From assembly GCA_947384195.1 (NCBI GenBank), contig CANDGE010000001.1, forward strand, positions 35,398 to 99,397: a stretch of 64,000 bases of DNA. Reading direction: 5' to 3'. The position numbers and the translations under genes were made by a program. Position 1 is the first letter of the stretch. The number at the start of each line of letters is the position of its first letter. Source of the DNA: an uncultured Clostridia bacterium. GTDB lineage: Bacteria; Bacillota; Clostridia; Christensenellales; Pumilibacteraceae. A model generated the notes under the pieces. That model was not told the origin of the DNA. It did not search any database and was given only the letters and a program-made list of their open reading frames with translations. Shown here one piece after another: positions 30,390 through 37,261 of this stretch.

Positions 30390-31327
30390 TCTACGTACTG
30401 GGAAGTATAAATTACGATATATCGCTCGAACTCGAAAGAATGCCCAAAAAGGGCGAAACGTTGCTCGCCGACGGGTGCGGTACGGGGCTCGGCGGCAAGG
30501 GCGCTAATCAAGCCGTAGCAATAGCGCGGCTCGCGCGCAAGTACGACGACGGGCGCAGATCCGTTAAAATGATCGGGCGGGTCGGTAACGACGCTATGGG
30601 CGCGGAGCTTATGCAAAAGCTCGACGATTACGGCGTGGATACCGAGTTCGTTCGCAAGGTGAACAGGAGCACGGGGCTTGCCATGGTTTCGGTCAGCGGC
30701 AAGGATAACCGCATTGTGGTTTACAGCGGCGCGAATTTGGGGTTTACCAAGTCGGACGTCGACGAGGCGCTCGAACACGCTACGAGCGCGGACACGTTGT
30801 TATGTCAGTTGGAAGTGCCGCTGTATATAGTCGGTTACGCATTGAGAAAAGCGCGGGCGATAGGCATGACGACCATACTCAATCCCGCGCCTGCAAAAGA
30901 ACTGCCCGACGATTTTTATTATAACGTAGATATAATAGTGCCCAACGAGCTCGAAACGCAAGAGCTTACGGGCATCAATCCGCGCGACGAAAGCTCGCAA
31001 CTCGCCGCAATGGAAAAACTTTTGGAAAAAGGCGTGCGTTATGCGGCGCTCACGCTCGGCGCAAACGGCGCGGCGATATCCGACGGCGAAAAGGTGACGG
31101 GGCATATCCCCGCGCGCAAGGTGTCCGTTGTAGACACTACGGGCGCGGGCGATACGTTTGTCGGCGCGCTTGCGCTCACATATCCGCATGTGGGCATGTA
31201 TTCGTTTAAGGAAGCGTGTTTGTTCGCGACCAAAGCGGCGTCGCTTACCGTGTCGCGTCACGGCGCGGCGGCGAGCATACCTACTTTCGAGGAAGTCTGC
31301 GAACTTTACAATAACGAGATAAAATAG
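30386..31327 (+). CDS. rbsK: Ribokinase (PfkB family)
   Basis: GSINYD, GGKGANQA, NPAPA, PNELE, DTTGAGDTF; ATGA overlap. Confidence 0.85.
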   Translation: MIYVLGSINYDISLELERMPKKGETLLADGCGTGLGGKGANQAVAIARLARKYDDGRRSVKMIGRVGNDAMGAELMQKLDDYGVDTEFVRKVNRSTGLAMVSVSGKDNRIVVYSGANLGFTKSDVDEALEHATSADTLLCQLEVPLYIVGYALRKARAIGMTTILNPAPAKELPDDFYYNVDIIVPNELETQELTGINPRDESSQLAAMEKLLEKGVRYAALTLGANGAAISDGEKVTGHIPARKVSVVDTTGAGDTFVGALALTYPHVGMYSFKEACLFATKAASLTVSRHGAAASIPTFEEVCELYNNEIK

Positions 31328-31444
31328 AACGCGTATAACGACAAAACAGATCGTGCGTTGCTATTGCTCGGAACGGATCGTGCGGCATTGCGGGATAAAA
31401 CGTTTTGCGCTGTTTTATCCGACAATGTTTTTAAGATCGGATCG

Positions 31445-31729
31445 TCAGCTTTTGCCCGTGTCGCAGGTATTATCGTCGGGATCTATCATTTCGTAATTGT
31501 TATTGGTGGGGCGGGTGCGCTTGCTCGCGGGCTTTTTCGCGCAGGTCTTATGCGCGGATGCGGAACTTTTTTTACAGGCGCGCTTTTTGGGAAAAACTTC
31601 CTCGTGTATAACTTCGTCGGCGGCGAGCTCGCTGTCGCTTTTGCCTTTGCGCGACACGCGCTCGGCGGTATCGGCGGTTTTGTCGGCGGCTTTTTTGAAA
31701 GCCGATCTGATTTTTTCTTTAATGCTCAT
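31445..31729 (-). CDS. Small Lys/Ala-rich hypothetical protein
   Basis: MSIKEKIRSAFKK..., SD GAGG, TATAAT at 31770-31775 on the minus strand. Confidence 0.6.
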   Translation of the reverse strand: MSIKEKIRSAFKKAADKTADTAERVSRKGKSDSELAADEVIHEEVFPKKRACKKSSASAHKTCAKKPASKRTRPTNNNYEMIDPDDNTCDTGKS

Positions 31730-31797
31730 GATTTTGACCTCGGTGTTATTTTGTGAGCGCCGCGCGTAAATTATACGTGCGCGCAGACGTTTGCGGA

Positions 31798-31811
31798 CGT
31801 AGCGGCACGGT
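31798..31811 (+). repeat. 14-bp boundary repeat, left copy
   Basis: CGTAGCGGCACGGT, identical to 37109-37122. Confidence 0.85.
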
Positions 31812-31893
31812 GAATTGTCAAGGGTTTTTTGATAATTTTCCGAAATAAATTTTATAGCATGATATAATACGGGATAGAAAAGCAAAACGAAAA

Positions 31894-31921
31894 ACAACCC
31901 CCTTGCGAGCAAGGGGGTTGT
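31894..31921 (-). terminator. Intrinsic terminator downstream of transposase
   Basis: ACAACCCCCTTGC-GA-GCAAGGGGGTTGT perfect stem; T-run follows on the minus strand. Confidence 0.75.
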
Positions 31922-32008
31922 GACGCGTCGAACGTGGCAATAAATAGTTTAAATTCAATGACAAAACAGCAAGCGCATTACATGCTTGCACGAGAGCGCG
32001 AACCGCAA

Positions 32009-33061
32009 TTATATCGCCGCTAATTGCTCGGCAAACTTTACGGCAGAGCTTGCATATTCAAACATAGCGCGCGGATAATCGTTCACCCAATCTTGTATTG
32101 CTTGTATTTGTTCGTTGGTATACGGCGTAATGTCAGTGCCTTTGGATAATAGTCGGCGTATATCGCGATTGATCCGCTCATTGCTTCCGCGTTCACACGA
32201 AGTATACGGGTGACAATAATAGACGGTTACGCGCTTACCTTTATATATCGATTGTTCTATACCTTTGAAATCGCTGAATTCCGAGCCGTTGTCGACCGTT
32301 ATGCTTTTGAATATTTTGCGGAAACGTTTACCGTATCTGTATTCTAATTTGTTAACACACTTAACAACGCTTGATGTTTTCTTGTTCGGCATTTTAAAGA
32401 TAATCTCATATCTTGTGAGCCGCTCGGTAAGAACAAGCAAAACGTTTTTAGTTTGCTGTTTTCCTATAACGCAGTCCATTTCCCAATGCCCGAAAGTGTT
32501 GCGCTCGGCAATCTCTTTCGGGCGTTTTTCTATGCTTGTACCTTTTGGCGGACGTTTAGCTTTTGGTTTTCTATACTTCTTTTTACGTTGTCCGATAGGT
32601 AAATCGGACATAGATATATTCATGAATATGCCAAGCGATATATACCTGTACATAGTTGTTTTACTGATAGTTGTTTTGAACAGTTTATTACGCTTTATTT
32701 CGCCGCATACTGCGCAAGGCGAAATATGATCGCGAATAATGCGTTTCTCGACATAACGGACAAACTCAAAATCGTTTTCGATTTTGAGTTGCGGTCCGTG
32801 TGTTGTTTTGCCTAATTCGTATTTCGCTTGCGCTATATCCGCACTATACCTTATTTCATCTTTATAGTATCTATCACCTACACAGTCGGTAATTGTACGA
32901 ACCTTGTGTTCGTACCTACCGCGCCGAAATTCTCGATAGACGGTAGCAATACCGATGTGCATTATATCGGCTATTTGTTGACGTGTAAGTTTTTGATTAA
33001 AATAATATTCGAGCTGTAACCGTTGCGTGTATGTAAGATTTTTCGTTCCTTTCAGTTTCAT
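32009..33061 (-). CDS. IS30-family DDE transposase
   Basis: N-terminal HTH (RQQIA..ATVYREFRR); GHWEMDCV, ITVDNGSEF, ERGSNERIN catalytic motifs. Confidence 0.95.
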   Translation of the reverse strand: MKLKGTKNLTYTQRLQLEYYFNQKLTRQQIADIMHIGIATVYREFRRGRYEHKVRTITDCVGDRYYKDEIRYSADIAQAKYELGKTTHGPQLKIENDFEFVRYVEKRIIRDHISPCAVCGEIKRNKLFKTTISKTTMYRYISLGIFMNISMSDLPIGQRKKKYRKPKAKRPPKGTSIEKRPKEIAERNTFGHWEMDCVIGKQQTKNVLLVLTERLTRYEIIFKMPNKKTSSVVKCVNKLEYRYGKRFRKIFKSITVDNGSEFSDFKGIEQSIYKGKRVTVYYCHPYTSCERGSNERINRDIRRLLSKGTDITPYTNEQIQAIQDWVNDYPRAMFEYASSAVKFAEQLAAI

Positions 33062-33094
33062 GGCAATTATATCCGTAGTAGCGTGACCGCATTA

Positions 33095-33545
33095 AAAAGC
33101 CGTCCGTGTCCGAGTGTAACTCAAACACGGGCGGTTATTGTGCTTGCCGCTGTCGCGGCGTCGCGCGGTTCTCACGGGCGGGGTCGGCGCGCTATGCCGC
33201 TTGCGCCTTGCCCCCGCTTTCCGTTTCGTACCACGCGCGCGTGGGAAGTGACAAGCAAGCTTTACCGTTCTAATCTCGCACTCTTGCAGTCAGTCAAGTA
33301 CCTTTCGCGGCATAAACCGCTCGCAAGCTCGCTATTTATTCCACGGTGTACTTGACAGCCCGCATTTGCCGCAGTCCTTCCGCGTCGCCGAAAGCAACTC
33401 AAAAGGATAGACCTTTCGGGTTGCTTTCGGACGGCGCATTGTACTACGGCAAACCGTGTGCTTGCGTTGTCGGTAGTCGTACTTGACGGTTGCCTTCTGC
33501 AATCTAAAAGGATAGACCTTTGGCAGTCGCGCGTTATACCGTAGC
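33095..33545. other. Hairpin-rich non-coding region with ssoA-like (RS_B/CS-6) signature
   Basis: Several stems; minus-strand TTTATGCCGCGAAA (33303-33316) and TAGCGA (33329-33334) inside GTCAAGTAC/GTACTTGAC stem; 16-bp duplicated hairpin. Confidence 0.6.
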
Positions 33546-33549
33546 TGTT

Positions 33550-33762
33550 CTATATCTTGTCACCGTTCGGAAGTACGATATTTATTTCAAGCGTACAACC
33601 GAGCGCGGTAACAAGCTTTTCGTATTCCGAGATTTGGAAATTATCGCGCGCCATTTTGTTGGATAAATTCTTTTGGGTTTGCCCCGTTCGTTCCGCAAGT
33701 GTTGTTTGATTTACATTTTGTTCTATCATTGCAAAGCGCAATTTTTTTGTTAAACTAATCAA
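33550..33762 (-). CDS. Cro/C1-type HTH regulator
   Basis: NQTTLAERTGQTQKNLSNKM..DNF..EKLVTALGC; TTG start inferred from promoter position. Confidence 0.8.
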   Translation of the reverse strand: MISLTKKLRFAMIEQNVNQTTLAERTGQTQKNLSNKMARDNFQISEYEKLVTALGCTLEINIVLPNGDKI

Positions 33763-33797
33763 GTTTAGCCGTACACCGTCCTTTATAAAGTAGGGAT

Positions 33798-33916
33798 ATT
33801 TTACCACTAAATAATAGTAATGTCAATAGATTTAAAGATAAAATCACAAAATAATTGAAAAATATTTGCGATAGTACTATAAAATAGTAGACAAATCTAT
33901 TTATAAGTGGTATAAT
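33798..33916. promoter_or_regulatory. Divergent twin promoters with shared operator-like spacer
   Basis: Minus TTGACA-ttactatttattagtgg-TAAAAT; plus TAGACA-aatctatttataagtgg-TATAAT. Confidence 0.75.
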
Positions 33917-33981
33917 ATATAGGTAATCAAGGTTGACAACCTAACAACAGTCACGGCGCATATAGCGCAAAGGAGTAGAAC

Positions 33982-34998
33982 ATGAAAACGAATTACTATC
34001 AGACGAACGGTAAGACCCGCGACAAGATACTGAAAAGGTTCAGTATGTTTGACGGGGTAGGGCTTGACCTAACGAACGCGCGGACAGTCGACGATGCGCT
34101 TACTATGGCGGGGCTTGACTATTCCGCCGAGAAAATGCCGTTGTTCCTTGCGGACGGGCAAGAAGTGAAAGACCACTTCGCGGTTGTTAAATCCGACGAG
34201 CCGTCGCGCATTCTCAGAGTGGTCGGCAACCAATACCAAGCCGTCGGCAACCGCGAAGCGTTTGCAATCGCGGACGAAATCGTTGACGAAGGGTATGCCA
34301 CTTATGAAGTCGGCGGACCTTCGTTCAAAGCCAAGAACACACCCGATTTTGCGCGATCGTTCATGGTGTTGCGCGGCGACGACTTTGAGATAGCCGACGA
34401 TACTTATAACTCATTTGTTGTATTTAACAACAGCTTTGACGGCTCGACGGGCGTGCAGTATCGGGTAATATGTCAGCGCGTTGTTTGCATGAACGGCATG
34501 GTGCGTTATCTCGGCGGAGCAAAGAACCAAATACGCATTAACATACAGCACACGGCGAATGCGAGATATCGCATAGCCGAAGCGCAAAAGATAATCATGC
34601 AACGCCGCAATGAAATCGAGCAAATCAAGGCAGAAGCCGAAACGTTCATAAATCAAGGCATGACCCGCGCCGAGTTTGAGAAAGAGATTATCCCGCTTAT
34701 ACTGCGTGAAAAAAAGCTCGTCGAGAATGATAAGGAACGCGAGCGTGGACACGAACGTATTGATACGGTTGTGCGAGAGCTGTTACAAGCGTACAACGCC
34801 GACGACGTGCAGAACCACGCGAACAACGCTTACCGCGCAATACTCGCCATATCCGACTACGAGAGCCATAACGCACCGTTGCGTGACGTCGGCAACGGTC
34901 AAGTATACATGAACCGAGCTATAAAAGGCATGGTACTTACTACGGCGGTTGCGCAGTACATAGCCAAGACGCGCGGCATCATAGTAAAGGCGAGATAA
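33982..34998 (+). CDS. DUF932 (TIGR03299-like phage/plasmid) protein
   Basis: DALTMAGLDY, VVGNQYQAVGNREAF, NSFDG, RVVCMNG; SD AAGGAG. Confidence 0.82.
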   Translation: MKTNYYQTNGKTRDKILKRFSMFDGVGLDLTNARTVDDALTMAGLDYSAEKMPLFLADGQEVKDHFAVVKSDEPSRILRVVGNQYQAVGNREAFAIADEIVDEGYATYEVGGPSFKAKNTPDFARSFMVLRGDDFEIADDTYNSFVVFNNSFDGSTGVQYRVICQRVVCMNGMVRYLGGAKNQIRINIQHTANARYRIAEAQKIIMQRRNEIEQIKAEAETFINQGMTRAEFEKEIIPLILREKKLVENDKERERGHERIDTVVRELLQAYNADDVQNHANNAYRAILAISDYESHNAPLRDVGNGQVYMNRAIKGMVLTTAVAQYIAKTRGIIVKAR

Positions 34999-35056
34999 GA
35001 TATAACATCAAAAAAGAACGCTGTGCTATCGGCGAGACGGGCAAAGGAGTAAAAGC

Positions 35057-35347
35057 ATGGAACAAATAACAATCAAAGGCAAAATCGAGTTTTGCGACGA
35101 CAAGCACAAAGAGTTCGACCGAGAATTTACGGCAATACTTCATGACAGTGCGGCATTTGCATACGGTAATCAAACTGCGGTAAATATATTATGGGGCGTA
35201 ATGAAAAACGGAATGTTGCCCGAACCCGTATATCTCGATACACGTTACGACCGAACGATAAAGCGCAACGAGTTCGATTTTAAAAAATGGGTGCAAAAGT
35301 ATTTCGCGGAAAATTACGGCAAACACACTTTGACTATCTACGAATAA
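35057..35347 (+). CDS. Hypothetical protein (96 aa)
   Basis: SD AAGGAG; downstream of DUF932 gene. Confidence 0.75.
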   Translation: MEQITIKGKIEFCDDKHKEFDREFTAILHDSAAFAYGNQTAVNILWGVMKNGMLPEPVYLDTRYDRTIKRNEFDFKKWVQKYFAENYGKHTLTIYE

Positions 35348-35356
35348 GGTAATCGC

Positions 35357-35560
35357 ATGAGAGAAATATCTAAATATCAGTTGACATATAAGGGTATTAC
35401 TTGTATCGCTGTTAATTGGGAAACGAAGCTATTTATATTCCGATACAACGGAAAAATATTTACCCACATAGATAAACGGTATTATCATTGTAGTGCAGAC
35501 ACCGACCATATAAGAATGGTTATAAGCAATATCGACAAAACTAAAATACAATACGAGTAA
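35357..35560 (+). CDS. Hypothetical protein (67 aa)
   Basis: SD AAGGT; 9 nt after previous stop; followed by terminator. Confidence 0.65.
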   Translation: MREISKYQLTYKGITCIAVNWETKLFIFRYNGKIFTHIDKRYYHCSADTDHIRMVISNIDKTKIQYE

Positions 35561-35563
35561 AAG

Positions 35564-35591
35564 AAAAGGGCGGTCGATTGACCGTCCTTTT
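35564..35591. terminator. Bidirectional terminator
   Basis: AAAAGGGCGGTC-GATT-GACCGTCCTTTT. Confidence 0.75.
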
Positions 35592-35685
35592 GGCTTGCCC
35601 TTGCCACACCCAATGCCCAAGCCGGGCGCGTTCCGCGCTATCCCTACTTCGCGGCAAGAGAATGTTATAGACCATTCGACCTATA

Positions 35686-35711
35686 ACAATTCCCGTGCCG
35701 CTCCGACCACA
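35686..35711 (-). repeat. Internal inverted copy of the left boundary
   Basis: Reverse complement TGTGGTCGGAGCGGCACGG-GAATTGT vs 31792-31818 TGCGGACGTAGCGGCACGGTGAATTGT (23 of 27). Confidence 0.75.
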
Positions 35712-35745
35712 TTCCGAAAACCCGTAGCCATTTTCGGGTATATTT

Positions 35746-36102
35746 CTATGACATAGGATCATTTAAATTTCTATCTGAAATAAGTTGCTCTTTTTGCATA
35801 GCTAAAATTGTTTCCTTTATAGACAATTTATCTATATCATTAAGAGTACGGTAATCAGCTAAAAGTTGTTGTTCGTCGGGAGATAAATAAGGAGATTCTT
35901 GTACCGAAACTTCATGTTCATTTTGTAAATTTTTTAATTTACGAACATGTTTGCGATTGATTAAAATATACCTTATTAGCAAAACAAGCAGAGTGATAAT
36001 TAAAATTAACAATACAGTTAAGACAATATTTACACGGGTTTCGTCATAGTTGTATTCGGATGGGGGAGTTATACCGCCGACTACATTTAAAAAAATATTC
36101 AT
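35746..36102 (-). CDS. AT-rich single-TM hypothetical protein
   Basis: One long hydrophobic helix; LSPDEQQLLADYRTL tail; own TTGACA..TATACT promoter and GGAG SD. Confidence 0.7.
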   Translation of the reverse strand: MNIFLNVVGGITPPSEYNYDETRVNIVLTVLLILIITLLVLLIRYILINRKHVRKLKNLQNEHEVSVQESPYLSPDEQQLLADYRTLNDIDKLSIKETILAMQKEQLISDRNLNDPMS

Positions 36103-36205
36103 AATGTGCTCCATACATATGTTACAATAAGTATACATTAAAAGAAAAATAATGTCAAATAAAATAAGATGCAGCAGTCAATCGACCGCCGCATCCGTTT
36201 GATAA

Positions 36206-36451
36206 TTATCTTTTCTTTTGTTTTGCTTTCCAACAATTCGCACTATCTTTGCGCGACGCGAGATAACCTGACCGCCAAGCTTTTTCCGTATCGGTCAATA
36301 GTATCAGAGAACCGTTTTTATCTCGCTTTACTTTTTGATCGTTAGTTGCGTGAATCCCCGCGCGCAACTCTGCCGCATATTTGCGACCCTTTTCCGACGG
36401 GTTCAACAATGTGACCGACGTACCATTTTGTCTTTTTACCTTTTTAGCCAT
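36206..36451 (-). CDS. Basic hypothetical protein (81 aa)
   Basis: SD AAGGAG; hairpin downstream at 36168-36195. Confidence 0.75.
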   Translation of the reverse strand: MAKKVKRQNGTSVTLLNPSEKGRKYAAELRAGIHATNDQKVKRDKNGSLILLTDTEKAWRSGYLASRKDSANCWKAKQKKR

Positions 36452-36641
36452 GATTACATCTCCTTATGTAAAATAAATTTATATCGACAGCGGCTAACCG
36501 TTAATATCTTGTTAAGGATACCCATAAATGAGTATCCTTGCAGACCAAAAAAGTAGTCAATGAATCACGACTGCTTTGTCGGTCGATAAAGTAGTAAATC
36601 GAATTACTACTCTACAACGTTGCAAAGTGGTAAACGCGTAA

Positions 36642-36890
36642 CTACTCACGATTAGATCCAATGCCCAAATATGAATACGAAAAATGGTCTACGTGTCTAT
36701 CGCTCCAATTCTTGCGCCGACACTCGGGGCAAAGCGTACTGCCGTCCTTGCCGAACGACCAGCGTATCGACCGCGCCGCTTGTGCGGCGTTATATATCTC
36801 GGCGCGTGTTTTCTCTATCGGTTCCGACGCCTTGCCGCACTTATCGCATTTACATACGTAATACGTTACTTTAAAACTGCCTACTGACAT
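36642..36890 (-). CDS. Small putative zinc-ribbon protein
   Basis: CDKC...W..CPEC motifs. Confidence 0.68.
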   Translation of the reverse strand: MSVGSFKVTYYVCKCDKCGKASEPIEKTRAEIYNAAQAARSIRWSFGKDGSTLCPECRRKNWSDRHVDHFSYSYLGIGSNRE

Positions 36891-36901
36891 AATTACACCG
36901 C

Positions 36902-37078
36902 TTAATAGAACGAGAGCATAAATGCCGTAACGGACTTCGTATAGTACGATTGAGTTATAATCCGCCCGTTCTCTTTGCGTTTGACGTACATAATACGACC
37001 CGTAGGACTGAATGAAAAGCCGTAGCAGTCGAGTAAAGCAACGTCTTTGTCGTGGTAGTTGAAATACAGTTTGAACAT
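36902..37078 (-). CDS. Hypothetical protein (58 aa), absent from ORF track
   Basis: MFKLYFNYHDKDVALLDCYGFSFSPTGRIMYVKRKENGRIITQSYYTKSVTAFMLSFY; SD GGAG; 11 nt upstream of the next ORF. Confidence 0.6.
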   Translation of the reverse strand: MFKLYFNYHDKDVALLDCYGFSFSPTGRIMYVKRKENGRIITQSYYTKSVTAFMLSFY

Positions 37079-37108
37079 GATTTTTACTCCGTTAAAATTA
37101 TTTTTGTT

Positions 37109-37122
37109 CGTAGCGGCACGGT
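37109..37122 (+). repeat. 14-bp boundary repeat, right copy
   Basis: CGTAGCGGCACGGT, identical to 31798-31811. Confidence 0.85.
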
Positions 37123-37261
37123 ATTTAATATCGGTGTAATTCTTTACAAAGCCGAAAAATAAGTGTATAATATACGATAAGCGTATTATTTACGGTCGTT
37201 ATAAATTACATTTATAACCGTTCACTCGGCAGACGCACGTCGCGAGAAAGGAGATGTAGAT

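Larger units (their letters stand above)
31792..37122. mobile_element. IS30-transposase-encoding mobile element or islet (boundaries 31798/37122, or core 31792-35711)
   Basis: IS30-family transposase, DUF932 gene, HTH, orphan ORFs, AT-richer composition, 14-bp direct repeats, internal inverted copy of the left end. Confidence 0.8.

Noticed and set aside
33442-33449. TACTACG as a pMV158-type dso nick site
   Set aside because: Lacks the flanking G/C stem, and no Rep gene is present
33348-33521. CRISPR or other guide array
   Set aside because: Only two units with irregular spacing, and no cas-like genes in the window
35693-35727. IS110-like bridge RNA loop (CCGTGCCGCT plus CGTAGC around a CT core)
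   Set aside because: No IS110 recombinase is present, there is no stem between the two segments, and CGTAG is also explained by a cUACGg tetraloop on the minus strand
31792-37122. Inovirus/plectrovirus prophage or ICE
   Set aside because: No Zot/pI ATPase, coat-protein cluster, relaxase, coupling protein or VirB4 is recognisable
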